Source of the DNA: Clostridia bacterium
Lineage (GTDB): Bacteria; Bacillota; Clostridia; Oscillospirales; CAG-272
Assembly: GCA_017502915.1 (NCBI GenBank)
Contig: JAFVUB010000014.1
Span: 10,777-74,776, forward strand
DNA length: 64,000 nt
Reading direction: 5' to 3'
The notes under the pieces were generated by a model. It saw nothing but the letters and a program-made list of their open reading frames with translations. It made no database searches and was not told the origin of the DNA. This document shows positions 27,343-37,521 of the stretch, piece after piece (position 1 is the first letter of the stretch; every line of letters begins with the position of its first letter). The position numbers and the translations under genes are program-made.

Positions 27343-29574
27343 TCAGTCATTCTTGCACTGACTGCGAAGCTTTCGCAGAATGGAGGATTTTTCTATGCTG
27401 GTTTTCGACGAGTTGAAATACATATTGAACTCGTACATATCATCGTATAGCTTCTCAACTCCGCATATCTTCAGCTCATAAAGAATAACTATGATGAATT
27501 TCAGCTTTACATATCCAATATTTCGTCCGCATTTGCTCTGGTTTATCAAGGCGAGCAGACGGCGAACGGTGAGTATCGTTCTATCTCCTCCTGCTTGACG
27601 ACGCAGAATATTGTAGACCGCGGCGAAGTCTTCTCTGTCGGGAATCACGTTTTCGTCGGGGCGGAAGGTTTCTCCTGCGCGGATAGACTCAAATCTGTTC
27701 ATTTCGGCGTCGCGGACGTCGACCATCTTCTGAGATAGCTTGCAGTCTTGAACGAGAAGCTGAACGCTTTTCACGTTCATAAACTCGTTGATATCTACGG
27801 TAAAGAGGAGATCTACCCTCTCTCCCTCGAGAACGTCAAACTTCGCTTCTCCCATGCCGAAATATATGGCAGTCAATGAAACGTCTCCGTCGGTTACGAC
27901 CAGCTTAGTATGTTTTCCGTTGCCAATAGAGGTTATTCTCTGCACTGTGACGTCTCGCAGAATAAACTGCGGCACCGGATTTGCAACACCGAACGGCTCC
28001 AGTCGATATATCTCTTGCGCAAACGGCATGGTTATATCCTTCAGTGAGACCTCGTAGTCAGCTTCAAGACAAACGACGAGCTTTTCATCACTCAGCGCCT
28101 CCTTGGCGTATTCGTTTATCTTTTTTGTAAACGCCGGAATCTTGTCTCTTTCTATTGAAAAGCCCGCGGCAAGCTCGTGACCGCCGTACTTAAAGAGCTG
28201 GTCCGAGCAATGAGTCAGCGCATTGACAAGGTTCATTCCCTTGACAGAACGTCCAGATCCCTTTCCGAGATCGTCCGGGCCGGGATAACCGCGAGTTGCG
28301 CCGTCAAACGATATGAGCAGAGACGGCAGACCGTAGCGCTCGGTGATGCGAGAGGCAACGATTCCGATGATGCCGTGCTGCCAGTTGTCGTCCTCGATAA
28401 CTATAACCCTATCGTTTTCGGGATCAAAGCTATGCTCGATCTGGCGATATGCTTGATCTGCTATGCGATTTTCTTCGATCTGGCGCTGACGGTTTATATC
28501 GCAAAGCTCCTTCGCGTATTCACGGGCCGACTCAACTGTGTCCGCCAAAAGCAGCTCGACTGCCTTTGTGGCAGTGCTGATGCGTCCTGCTGCGTTGATT
28601 CGCGGTGCGATACCGTAGCCTATAAAGCTTGAGGTTATCTTGCGCTTTTTCGGTGCTTGTCCCGAGCTGGCAGCCGGCGTATTTGCCGCCTCTATAAGTG
28701 CGGCAAGGCCGAGTCGTTTAGTGGATTCTATCATTTTCAGACCGATCGTTACTATGAGACGGTTTTCGTCTATTATCGGCATAACGTCGGCTATCGTTCC
28801 GATAGCGGCGAGATCGGCGTATTCGTTGCAGATACGTCTGACACCGTTTATCTCGGGCTCGCCCGATTCACGGCAACGCATCATTTCATAAGCGCAAATG
28901 AGCTTGAATACAACACCGACGCCGGCAAGCTCAGCAAAGGGATAGCTACAATCGTTTCTGTGTGGGTTTATTACTGCACAGCATTCGGGCAGCTCTGGGC
29001 GGCACTCGTGGTGGTCTGTTATGACCATCTCGATTCCGAGCGAGCGCGCATAATCGGCTTCCTCGTAAGCAGTTATTCCGGTGTCGACGGTTATGATAAG
29101 GCTGACCCCTCGTGCCGCCAGCTTATCTATTGCCGAACAAGAAAGTCCGTAACCCTCGCCGTCGCGGCTGGGTATGTAGTAGCCTATCTCTCCGCCGCCA
29201 AGAGAGGACAAATACAGATAAAGCATACTGACCGACGTTACTCCGTCAACGTCGTAGTCTCCGTATATAGCTATGGTCTCACGATCCTCTATCGCCTTCT
29301 TAATGCGCTCAATGGCAGGAACTATGTCCTTGAGTAAGAAAGGATCATGCAGAATCGCTTCTTCGTTGTTAAGGAATTTCTTTGCTCCTTCGGCAGTCTT
29401 GAATCCTCGGTTAAAAATAAGTCTTGAGCAAAGCTCGGAAAGCCCGGTTTCTTTCGATATGTCTTTTATGACACCGTCTGTTTCGGAATTGCCGGGGCAG
29501 TACTTGGCTTGCCATACCTTGTTTCTTTTTATTTCTTGCATTAGTAAGTGTTTCTTTCTCCTGTTCTTTGACAC
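27343..29574 (-). CDS. recJ: Single-stranded-DNA-specific exonuclease RecJ
   Basis: DHH motifs (IYGDYDVDGVTS, VDTGI, ITDHH) and DHHA1 (GGHELAAGF). The start is ambiguous: GTG at 29574 or ATG at 29541. Confidence 0.88.
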   Translation of the reverse strand: MSKNRRKKHLLMQEIKRNKVWQAKYCPGNSETDGVIKDISKETGLSELCSRLIFNRGFKTAEGAKKFLNNEEAILHDPFLLKDIVPAIERIKKAIEDRETIAIYGDYDVDGVTSVSMLYLYLSSLGGGEIGYYIPSRDGEGYGLSCSAIDKLAARGVSLIITVDTGITAYEEADYARSLGIEMVITDHHECRPELPECCAVINPHRNDCSYPFAELAGVGVVFKLICAYEMMRCRESGEPEINGVRRICNEYADLAAIGTIADVMPIIDENRLIVTIGLKMIESTKRLGLAALIEAANTPAASSGQAPKKRKITSSFIGYGIAPRINAAGRISTATKAVELLLADTVESAREYAKELCDINRQRQIEENRIADQAYRQIEHSFDPENDRVIVIEDDNWQHGIIGIVASRITERYGLPSLLISFDGATRGYPGPDDLGKGSGRSVKGMNLVNALTHCSDQLFKYGGHELAAGFSIERDKIPAFTKKINEYAKEALSDEKLVVCLEADYEVSLKDITMPFAQEIYRLEPFGVANPVPQFILRDVTVQRITSIGNGKHTKLVVTDGDVSLTAIYFGMGEAKFDVLEGERVDLLFTVDINEFMNVKSVQLLVQDCKLSQKMVDVRDAEMNRFESIRAGETFRPDENVIPDREDFAAVYNILRRQAGGDRTILTVRRLLALINQSKCGRNIGYVKLKFIIVILYELKICGVEKLYDDMYEFNMYFNSSKTSIEKSSILRKLRSQCKND

Positions 29575-29641
29575 AATACACCATCTGCCTGCATTGCGCC
29601 ATCAATTTCCTCAAAATATATGTTTTATAATTTTGACTTGT

Positions 29642-31237
29642 TTACTGTGCGAATCTTGATATGATCCGCTCCGCCACGCGTATTCCGTCAACCGCGGCAC
29701 TGGTTATGCCCCCGGCATATCCCGCTCCCTCACCGCAGGGATACACGAGATCATTTCCGAGAGCCGTCAGCTCTTCCCCTCTCGGCATACGAACCGGAGA
29801 CGAGGTTCTGGTCTCAACACCTGTGAGCAGAGCGCTTGCCGAGTCAAAGCCGTGGAGACGGCGACCGAAGCTGACGATACCTCTCTTCAGCTCGGCGGTT
29901 ATATAAGACGGGAAAATGCTTGAAAGATCGGCAACCTTACAGCGTCCACCACCCATGTACGACGGCTGTACCCTTGTCGGTTCAGTACCGTAACTTCCCG
30001 AAAGGAAATCTCCGACTGTTTGCATCGGAGCGGTGTAATTCCCTCCTCCGAGCTCAAATGCCGCCCTCTCGAGATTGCGCTGATAGCTTATCGCCGAAAC
30101 CACGTCTCCGCCGTAATCCTCGCGATTGACGCTTACGGCTATTGCCGAGTTTGAGTTAACTCCGTCACGTGCGCGACAGCTCATGCCGTTAACAACGACG
30201 CCTCCGTCCTCGGTTGCACCTGCAACGACCTCGCCACCGGGGCACATACAGAAGGTATAGACTCCTCTTCCTGTGGTATCCGAAAAGTTATATTCGGCGT
30301 GCCCGAGACGAGTATCTCCGGCTGCATCTCCGTATAGCGCACGGTCTATATCTTCTCTTAAATGCTCGATACGAACACCAACCGAGAAGGGCTTGGCTTC
30401 AAGAACAAATCCCTCGTTCATAAGCATAGTATAGGTGTCTCTTGCGCTATGTCCCGTTGCCAGAACAGCACAACCGCAGACGATCTCTCCCCTGCCGGTT
30501 ATAGCAGTCAGAGAACCGTCGGTGTTTTTGAAGATTCTGTCGAGCCTGCAGCCGAGGTGGATCTCTCCGCCCGCACTTCTTATTCTGTTGTAAAGATTTT
30601 CAACAACAGAACGCAAAACGTCAGTTCCGATATGCGGCTTGGCTTTCACCGTAACATCGTCGGGTGCGCCAAATTCACGCAAGCGTTCAAGAACGTACGT
30701 GCAACGCGGATCGCTTATGCGAGTGGTCAGCTTTCCGTCAGAAAAGGTTCCGGCACCGCCGGCGCCGAACTGTATATTGTTTTCTTTATCAAGTATTCCG
30801 TTCTTGCAAAATTTATCGTAAGCCGCCGCTCGTTCTGTGACCGAACCGCCCCGATCAATAAGTATAGGTCTGTATCCGTTCTCGGCAAGAATAAGCGCGC
30901 AGAACATTCCTGCAGGACCTCCGCCAACGATCAACGGTCGTCCGAGGAGCTTTTCACTTCCGGGCTTGGGGCTTTGCACGTTGTCGTCGTACGCTTTGAA
31001 TCCTGCCGATGCGATCCTCTTTGCGATCGATGCCGAAACAACGTCTCTGCTTTGCGCCAGAACGGTGCAAACAAATCGAATATCTCCGCGTCTACGTGCG
31101 TCTACCGATTTCTTATAAATGCAAAAATGAAACTGTGCGGGGTCAGCCGCACGTTTCATTTTTTGCTTTGCAATATCAATAAAATCAGCGTCGTTAGCAG
31201 TATACGGAAGGCTGACACCGTTTAACAAATATTTCAT
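29642..31237 (-). CDS. FAD-dependent oxidoreductase (NAD(FAD)-utilising dehydrogenase family)
   Basis: 531 aa. Rossmann motif is LIVGGGPAGMFCAL, with C-terminal CGEGAGYAGGI. Confidence 0.7.
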   Translation of the reverse strand: MKYLLNGVSLPYTANDADFIDIAKQKMKRAADPAQFHFCIYKKSVDARRRGDIRFVCTVLAQSRDVVSASIAKRIASAGFKAYDDNVQSPKPGSEKLLGRPLIVGGGPAGMFCALILAENGYRPILIDRGGSVTERAAAYDKFCKNGILDKENNIQFGAGGAGTFSDGKLTTRISDPRCTYVLERLREFGAPDDVTVKAKPHIGTDVLRSVVENLYNRIRSAGGEIHLGCRLDRIFKNTDGSLTAITGRGEIVCGCAVLATGHSARDTYTMLMNEGFVLEAKPFSVGVRIEHLREDIDRALYGDAAGDTRLGHAEYNFSDTTGRGVYTFCMCPGGEVVAGATEDGGVVVNGMSCRARDGVNSNSAIAVSVNREDYGGDVVSAISYQRNLERAAFELGGGNYTAPMQTVGDFLSGSYGTEPTRVQPSYMGGGRCKVADLSSIFPSYITAELKRGIVSFGRRLHGFDSASALLTGVETRTSSPVRMPRGEELTALGNDLVYPCGEGAGYAGGITSAAVDGIRVAERIISRFAQ

Positions 31238-31246
31238 ACGTTAAAT

Positions 31247-32350
31247 TTATGACGTTGCTTCGTTTGTCACAATCTTTTCTTTGGTGACGGTGACCGTAAG
31301 GACCTTTGCCTTGTCGTCTGCATTAACGGTCAGCCCCTTTTCCTCGTAGTCAGCAACTATATCGGCAACGTTGACGGTAAACGTAGTTCCGGCTTTATCG
31401 GTTATGTCTCCAAAATCATATGCCAGTCTGTCATCCGGCGGGAACTCAAGCGAATCTCCGCTCAGACGGATAACGACGTCGGTGCTTCCCGCAAATGAAA
31501 GCTCAACGTGATACTTATATTCGTCAGAGTCGGCAGCGTTGAATTTAGAGTATATCGAAACCGCCTTGCTCGAATAATTTATCACCAAATTGACGTCGAC
31601 CTCCGACGGTTTTACCGTTATGTAGTTATTATCGTTCTTATATTCAACGCCGTACGCGTCAAAGAACTCAAAGGTCCGGCTCTTTACGATGGTGCTCTTT
31701 GAATAGTTGGCAACCGAGACCTTGACGTCGACCATATCAATAGCGTCGATCGTGGATTTAGGACCGCTTATCGTGACTTTTTCAAGTACAACGCTTTTGT
31801 CATTTGCCGATGCAATCGGATAAATATCGAGCGTTCCGTCTGAAATGCCTCCCTCGCTGACCGATGCTGTTACGTCCACCTGCTTGGTTATAAGTTTGTC
31901 GACAAAGGCATCAAAATATGCTGGCTCCATTGAATTAAGCGTCAAGCTTTGGTCGGGAAGCACAGGGTCACTGAATCGCAAGGTGTACTTTCCGGCTCCG
32001 CCTTCCTTAATGGGATCGGTTTGTACGCGGATAATATAATCGTCGTCACTGTATTTATCCAGAGTGCTTTGCATTCCGGAAACCTTAAGCGTAACCTTGA
32101 ACTGTGAATAATCGGTCATATCAAGTCCGTTGATGATTGAGAGACCGGTATCATCCTCTATTTGAGATTTCGCATCGACCGTAACTATTATGGTCTTTTC
32201 AACGACCGCTCGGCTACTGTTCGCAACGAAGAGCCAGATCAAAAATGCGGCAATGAGGCAAAGGATCAGCGCGACGATGTCGAGAGTATGGTTTTTCTTA
32301 AAGCTTTTGTTGGGCTTGATTGGCGCAAAGCTTTTTTCAAGATCATTCAT
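31247..32350 (-). CDS. cdaR: YbbR-domain protein (CdaR, regulator of diadenylate cyclase CdaA)
   Basis: 367 aa with an N-terminal TM helix and repeated beta-rich YbbR-like modules. Overlaps the cdaA 3' end by 8 nt. Confidence 0.7.
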   Translation of the reverse strand: MNDLEKSFAPIKPNKSFKKNHTLDIVALILCLIAAFLIWLFVANSSRAVVEKTIIVTVDAKSQIEDDTGLSIINGLDMTDYSQFKVTLKVSGMQSTLDKYSDDDYIIRVQTDPIKEGGAGKYTLRFSDPVLPDQSLTLNSMEPAYFDAFVDKLITKQVDVTASVSEGGISDGTLDIYPIASANDKSVVLEKVTISGPKSTIDAIDMVDVKVSVANYSKSTIVKSRTFEFFDAYGVEYKNDNNYITVKPSEVDVNLVINYSSKAVSIYSKFNAADSDEYKYHVELSFAGSTDVVIRLSGDSLEFPPDDRLAYDFGDITDKAGTTFTVNVADIVADYEEKGLTVNADDKAKVLTVTVTKEKIVTNEATS

Positions 32351-33290
32351 TTATGCTGTCCTCCTTGTCGGTTATTTTTCTGACGATGGCCGGCACAGAG
32401 GTCATAAGTCTTACAAGGTCACGGCGCAGAGCTTCGCGGTCGAGACCGCGGCGAAGCTTGCCGTCAACGGCAAGCGAGATCTTTCCTGTCTCCTCCGAAA
32501 CGACGATTACAATAGCATCGCTGACCTCGGTAACGCCTAAAGCTGCGCGATGACGTGTTCCGAGAGCCGAGTCAAGACCTTCTTGCTCGGAAATGCGAAG
32601 GAAGCATCCTGCGGCGCAGACCTTAAAGTCGCGAATAATGACAGCACCGTCGTGAAGTGGGGCGTTTTTGAAGAATATGTTCTGAATAAGCTCGTCTGAT
32701 ATTTTGGCGTCAAGACGGGTTCCCGAACCAATGTATTCACCGAGCTTGGTGGTGCGTTCGATGACGATGAGCGCTCCGACCTTGTGCTTGGACATAGCAG
32801 CTACGGCATTGCAGATGCTGTTTACCGATGCATCGAGCATTGCGCGGTACTGACGGCGGTCACCTGATGCCATGTTTTTAATGCCGCTGATAAAGGAGGT
32901 GTTGCCGACCTTTTCGAGTGCAGCGCGAAGCTCGGGCTGAAAAACGATGATGATGGCAAGAATACCGACCTGATAGAAGTTCTGCAAAAGATATCCGATC
33001 GCGCGGAGCTGCAGGATATTACTTAGCACCAAAACCAACATAAACAGCAAAAGACCGAGAGCGAGTTTACCGGCTCTTCGGTTTCTGATGAATTTATAGA
33101 GCGCAAAAAGCGCAAGCGTCAGTATTAAGATGTCTATTATATCAATTATGCCAAATCCGGACAGCGGCTCTAAAACGTAAGTTCTAAAAAACTCCGGAAA
33201 ATCGGCGAAAAATTCAACGATAGTATTCGTGGCTCTGACCTCCCACACAAGTATTTTATATATTATAACACATCTTGAGTTAAATTTCAA
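32343..33290 (-). CDS. cdaA: Diadenylate cyclase CdaA (membrane-anchored DAC domain)
   Basis: N-terminal TM helices. DAC motifs are HDGAVII, GTRHRAALG and VIVVSEETG. The 5' end is uncertain (the track start is a TTG, and a GGGAGG lies ~50 nt downstream of it). Confidence 0.85.
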   Translation of the reverse strand: MKFNSRCVIIYKILVWEVRATNTIVEFFADFPEFFRTYVLEPLSGFGIIDIIDILILTLALFALYKFIRNRRAGKLALGLLLFMLVLVLSNILQLRAIGYLLQNFYQVGILAIIIVFQPELRAALEKVGNTSFISGIKNMASGDRRQYRAMLDASVNSICNAVAAMSKHKVGALIVIERTTKLGEYIGSGTRLDAKISDELIQNIFFKNAPLHDGAVIIRDFKVCAAGCFLRISEQEGLDSALGTRHRAALGVTEVSDAIVIVVSEETGKISLAVDGKLRRGLDREALRRDLVRLMTSVPAIVRKITDKEDSINE

Positions 33291-33503
33291 ATACTATTTC
33301 AAATATTTTATCGCTTTTTGCGAGTTTTTTAGAACAAATTCTTGGAATCTCGTTATGCGTTTTGTCTCGAAACAACCGACAGAGCGTCTCACGGTAAAAA
33401 TATAAAAATAAAAACGCGAAAAATTTCAAAAAACCCTTTATTTTTCGGAAAATGTGTGGTATAATCATAAAATAATTGTTTTCAGAGGAGAAAGGAGCGC
33501 AAC

Positions 33504-34193
33504 ATGAAATTCAACTATGGTCCGTCGTCACGCTTGATAGTCGTTTGCGGTCATTTCGGCTCGGGCAAAACAAACGTTTCGGTTGCTTTAGCGCTCTCGC
33601 TTAAGGCGGCGGGCAAGAAGGTCACCTTGATCGACCTTGATATCGTGAACCCTTATTTCAGAGCGGCAGATGCAGAGGAGTTAATGCATAAAAATAACAT
33701 AAAATGTATAAATCCTCAATTTGCGAACACGAACGTGGACGTTCCCTCACTGGGAGCTGAGGTTCGGTCGGTCTTTCTTGATAACGATCCGAACAGCGTT
33801 GCTATATTTGACGTTGGCGGAGATAACGGCGCGGCGGCGCTCGGACAGTACAAGCGTGATTTCGATCGCCTTGGTTACGATATGATCTGTGTGATCAACA
33901 AGTATCGCCCTCTGACCGACACGCCCGGTGCGGCTCTCGAGGATCTGCGTGAAATCGAGTATTATTCAAGGCTCAAATTCACACATATTGTTAACAACAG
34001 TAATCTGGGAGCTGAGACCGACATTGAGATCGTCGAATCTTCGTTTGAGTTTGCCGACAAAACTGCAAGGCTTGCCGATTTGCCGCTTTTTTGCGACACC
34101 GTTGTTAACGCCGCGTACATAACCGAGCTTTATGAGAAGCACCCCGAGCGAACGTTTTTCTTTATTGACAACACAACAAAAAAACTATTTTAA
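33504..34193 (+). CDS. Stand-alone P-loop NTPase (MinD/ParA/CooC-like SIMIBI-class ATP-binding protein)
   Basis: 229 aa with an AAAGGAG RBS. Walker A is VCGHFGSGKTNVS, followed by LIDLDIVNPY. The next gene's start codon is 19 nt after the stop. Confidence 0.6.
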   Translation: MKFNYGPSSRLIVVCGHFGSGKTNVSVALALSLKAAGKKVTLIDLDIVNPYFRAADAEELMHKNNIKCINPQFANTNVDVPSLGAEVRSVFLDNDPNSVAIFDVGGDNGAAALGQYKRDFDRLGYDMICVINKYRPLTDTPGAALEDLREIEYYSRLKFTHIVNNSNLGAETDIEIVESSFEFADKTARLADLPLFCDTVVNAAYITELYEKHPERTFFFIDNTTKKLF

Positions 34194-34212
34194 TAAAACG
34201 GAGGAACAAACA

Positions 34213-34425
34213 ATGAATAAGGTCACTTTCAGGACCGAGCTTTGTAAGGGCTGCGGACTTTGCGTTGATGCCTGCCCGAAGAAGATTTTGGCGCTGAACA
34301 CCGACGTGCTTAACGAAAAAGGATATCACCCTGCCGGAATTACCGATCAGGATAAGTGCATCGCTTGCGCTATGTGCGCTATGATGTGCCCCGACGTCGT
34401 TATCAAGGTCGAGAAAAACATCTGA
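34213..34425 (+). CDS. 2-oxoacid:ferredoxin oxidoreductase delta subunit (2x[4Fe-4S] ferredoxin)
   Basis: ATG at 34213 after a GGAGGA RBS. CKGCGLCVDACP and CIACAMCAMMCP motifs. Confidence 0.85.
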   Translation: MNKVTFRTELCKGCGLCVDACPKKILALNTDVLNEKGYHPAGITDQDKCIACAMCAMMCPDVVIKVEKNI

Positions 34426-34448
34426 TCAAAGTCAAAGGAGATACATAA

Positions 34449-35519
34449 ATGTCTAACAAAGTTTTAATGAAGGGTAACGAGGCGTTGGCTGAGGCGGCTA
34501 TTCGCAACGGCTGTATTTATTTCTTCGGCTACCCTATAACCCCTCAGACCGAGCTTGCCGAGTATATGGCGAAAAGACTCCCCAAGGTAAACGGAGTTTG
34601 CCTTCAGGCGGAGAGCGAGGTCGCCGCAATAAACATGGTTCTCGGTGCTGCATCGTCGGGAGTTCGCGCTATGACGTCGTCCTCGTCGCCCGGAATCTCT
34701 CTCAAGAGCGAGGGCATCAGCTATATGGTCGGTTCAGACCTTCCCTGCCTTATCTGTAACGTTCAGCGCGGAGGTCCCGGACTCGGCGGTATTCAGCCGG
34801 CTCAGCAGGACTATCTTCAGGCAACCAAGGCAAACGGACACGGAGACCTGCATCTTTTCGTCGTTGCTCCCGCATCGGTTCAGGAAATGGTCTCGCTCGT
34901 CGGACGCGCATTTGACGTTGCCGACACCTACCGCGTTCCCGCTATGATCCTTGCAGACGGTGCACTCGGACAGATGATGGAGCCTGTTGATTTCGACGCC
35001 GCACTTTCCGAGCGTCGTGAGCTTCCCGAAAAGACCTGGGCGACAAACGGTCACGGTGGCAAGCGCAAAAAGAACATCGTCAACTCGCTCTTCATCAACC
35101 CCGACGAGCTTGAAAAGTCGGTTCTTGAGCGTTACCAGCGTTATGCCAAGATCGAAGAGAACGAGGTCCTTTACGAGGAGACGATGGTTGAAGATGCCGA
35201 TATCGTTATCGTTGCTTACGGCATCACCTCGCGTATTTGCAAATCTGCTATAGAGATGGCAAGAGCCGAGGGCATTAAGGTCGGTCTTGTCCGTCCCATA
35301 ACCCTTTGGCCGTATCCGAAGGCAGCTCTGGCAAAGGCCGCTGAAACGGCAAAGCATTTCCTTGTTGTTGAGCTTAATATGGGTCAGATGGTTGACGACG
35401 TCAAGGTTGCCACCAATTGCCGCAGACCGGTCTCCTTCTTCGGACGTACCGGCGGTATGCTCCCCACGGCTGAGGACGTTCTCGCCGAGATCAGAAAGAT
35501 AAACGGAGGTATAAGATAA
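34449..35519 (+). CDS. 2-oxoacid:ferredoxin oxidoreductase alpha subunit
   Basis: 356 aa (MKGNEALAEAAIRNGC..FFGYPITPQTE). Confidence 0.88.
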   Translation: MSNKVLMKGNEALAEAAIRNGCIYFFGYPITPQTELAEYMAKRLPKVNGVCLQAESEVAAINMVLGAASSGVRAMTSSSSPGISLKSEGISYMVGSDLPCLICNVQRGGPGLGGIQPAQQDYLQATKANGHGDLHLFVVAPASVQEMVSLVGRAFDVADTYRVPAMILADGALGQMMEPVDFDAALSERRELPEKTWATNGHGGKRKKNIVNSLFINPDELEKSVLERYQRYAKIEENEVLYEETMVEDADIVIVAYGITSRICKSAIEMARAEGIKVGLVRPITLWPYPKAALAKAAETAKHFLVVELNMGQMVDDVKVATNCRRPVSFFGRTGGMLPTAEDVLAEIRKINGGIR

Positions 35520-36262
35520 TGGCTGTTGTTTTTGATAAGCCCCACGCACTCTCTCCTGTGCCGTTTCATTATTGCCCCGGATGCACCCACGGTATAGTTC
35601 ACCGTCTCGTTGCCGAGGCAATAGACTCGCTCGGTATCGAGGGAGATACGATCGGTATCGCGCCGGTCGGATGCTCGGTATTCGCATATAATTATTTTGA
35701 ATGTGATATGATCGAGGCAGCTCACGGACGTGCGCCCGCCGTTGCAACCGGTGTTAAGCGCACCAATCCCGACAAGATCGTATTTACGTATCAGGGAGAC
35801 GGTGACCTTGCCGCTATCGGTACTGCCGAAACGGTCCACGCCGTTACCCGCGGAGAAAACATTACTATAATCTTCATAAATAACGCGATCTACGGTATGA
35901 CCGGCGGACAGATGGCTCCGACCACTCTGCCCGGTCAGGTCACCACCACCTCGCCCTACGGAAGAAACCCCATCGTTCAGGGTAACCCGATCCGCGTTTG
36001 CGAGATGCTCTCAACGCTTGACGGACTTGCCTTTGCACAGAGAGTTGCGGTAGACACGCCGGCTCACGTAAATCAGGCAAAGAAGGCTATTGAAAAGGCG
36101 TTCAAGAATCAGATTGAGAAGAAGGGACTTTCGATAGTTGAGGTTCTTTCTACCTGCCCCACCAACTGGGGAATGACTCCCGGAGATGCTCTCCAGTGGA
36201 TGCGCGATAATATGATGCCTTATTACCCTCTCGGTGTATACAAGGACGTTGACGCCAAATAA
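35519..36262 (+). CDS. 2-oxoacid:ferredoxin oxidoreductase beta subunit (TPP-binding)
   Basis: 247 aa with motifs CPGCTHG and GDGDLAAIG. TAATG junction with the alpha subunit. Confidence 0.88.
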   Translation: MAVVFDKPHALSPVPFHYCPGCTHGIVHRLVAEAIDSLGIEGDTIGIAPVGCSVFAYNYFECDMIEAAHGRAPAVATGVKRTNPDKIVFTYQGDGDLAAIGTAETVHAVTRGENITIIFINNAIYGMTGGQMAPTTLPGQVTTTSPYGRNPIVQGNPIRVCEMLSTLDGLAFAQRVAVDTPAHVNQAKKAIEKAFKNQIEKKGLSIVEVLSTCPTNWGMTPGDALQWMRDNMMPYYPLGVYKDVDAK

Positions 36263-36291
36263 TTCGACAGAAAGGAAATCGGTACTATAAA

Positions 36292-36825
36292 ATGACAACT
36301 GAAATACTTCTCGCCGGATTTGGCGGTCAGGGCATACTTTTTGCCGGCAAGCAGCTTGCAAAAACGGCTATGCACGAGGATAAATGTGTTTCGTGGCTTC
36401 CGTCTTACGGCCCGGAAATGCGCGGCGGATCGGCAAACTGCTCGGTCATCATCTCGGACAAGGAGATCGGCTCTCCGATCATCAACCGTCCCGACGTTCT
36501 CATCGCCTTCAATCTTCCCTCTTTCGATAAGTTTGAGTCCAAGATAAAGAGCGGAGGAATTCTGATCGCGAACAGTACGTTGATCTCTACCAAGAGCACC
36601 AGAGACGACATTAACGCTTATTACATTCCCGCAACTCAGATGGCGTCCGAAAACGGGCTTGAGGGAGGCGCGAACGTTATTATTCTGGGATACTTCCTTA
36701 AGCTCACAAAGCTTTTTGACTACGATAAGTTCGTTGATCTTATGGTCGCGGGCATTCCCGCAACCAAGACCAAGCTGATCGAGAACAACAAAAAGGCTCT
36801 CAAGCTGGGCTACGATTACAACTAA
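36292..36825 (+). CDS. 2-oxoacid:ferredoxin oxidoreductase gamma subunit
   Basis: 177 aa (LAGFGGQGILFAGK...YGPEMRGG). Confidence 0.85.
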   Translation: MTTEILLAGFGGQGILFAGKQLAKTAMHEDKCVSWLPSYGPEMRGGSANCSVIISDKEIGSPIINRPDVLIAFNLPSFDKFESKIKSGGILIANSTLISTKSTRDDINAYYIPATQMASENGLEGGANVIILGYFLKLTKLFDYDKFVDLMVAGIPATKTKLIENNKKALKLGYDYN

Positions 36826-36860
36826 AAAAACAGGTCACGGAGAGATCTCCGTGACCTTTC
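36824..36860. terminator. Bidirectional intrinsic terminator
   Basis: An A run, then aggtcacggag-agat-ctccgtgacct, then ttc. Lies between convergent genes. Confidence 0.7.
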
Positions 36861-36873
36861 AATTTATGAATAA

Positions 36874-37458
36874 TTATGCGTGCTCTTTTGCTCGGGGCTT
36901 GAGCGTTTTGGGGTCTATTATACTGCAAAGCAGACCAAGCACAACAGCCGCAATAATGGTGTTGGGCAACATATAGCTTCCATTGTAGGTCAGCGAGTAC
37001 AGCCAAACCGGGACGCCCTCGGGAGCGTATTCACCCCAAAGCACGATGCCGGACAAGAAGCTACATATAAATCTCAAAGCTCCTGCTGCGAGCGCGCCGA
37101 CGATATATCCTGCTGTTTTGAATTTTCCGCAGAGCTTGGCAAATATATTTGCCGTTCCGAAAACTGTGAAAGCAAGGATATAGTCAAGCAAAAGGCATAT
37201 GACGACCGAGCCGAAGGTCTTTGCGGCTGGCAAAGACAGCCCCATTACCATCTGAACACAGGAAAGCACGAATCCCGAGGCAAGACCCCATTTGGTTCCG
37301 TTACGGTAGGCGCAAAAGACTATCGGTATCATACATAGTGAGACCGAGCCGCCCTGCGGCCACTTGGGAAAAGGTATAAGATCGACGGCAACGGCAACGG
37401 CTACCAGCAGTGCCGCCTCAACCATTTTGAGCATTTCTCTTTTTGTTTGTTTTTTCAA
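36874..37458 (-). CDS. thiT: Energy-coupling-factor transporter S component for thiamine (ThiT)
   Basis: Polytopic protein (MLKMVEAALLVAVAVAVDLIPFPKWPQGGSVSL...). The track start (TTG 37473) is itself part of the GGAGG RBS, so the TTG at 37458 (8 nt after GGAGG) or a downstream ATG is more likely. A TPP riboswitch lies upstream. Confidence 0.8.
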   Translation of the reverse strand: MKKQTKREMLKMVEAALLVAVAVAVDLIPFPKWPQGGSVSLCMIPIVFCAYRNGTKWGLASGFVLSCVQMVMGLSLPAAKTFGSVVICLLLDYILAFTVFGTANIFAKLCGKFKTAGYIVGALAAGALRFICSFLSGIVLWGEYAPEGVPVWLYSLTYNGSYMLPNTIIAAVVLGLLCSIIDPKTLKPRAKEHA

Positions 37459-37521
37459 GTTAATTACCTCCAAAATTGTATTTCGTCAGCGTTCTCTCAT
37501 ATGTGCACCTGTGAAAGACGC

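Noticed and set aside
27788-31225. Plus-strand ORFs of 83-287 aa inside recJ and the FAD-oxidoreductase gene (for example 28657-29337 and 30362-31225).
   Set aside because: They are antisense to genes with clear DHH/DHHA1 and Rossmann motifs, and nothing in the sequence supports them independently.
33280-33468. A 62-aa minus-strand ORF in the cdaA / P-loop-ATPase intergenic region.
   Set aside because: It lies in AT-rich promoter DNA, has no RBS, and has a Phe/Lys/Ile-rich composition typical of random AT-rich translation.
34734-35839. 337-aa and 151-aa minus-strand ORFs opposite the OFOR alpha and beta genes.
   Set aside because: They are antisense to clearly identifiable, tightly coupled OFOR subunit genes and have no recognisable motifs or translation signals.
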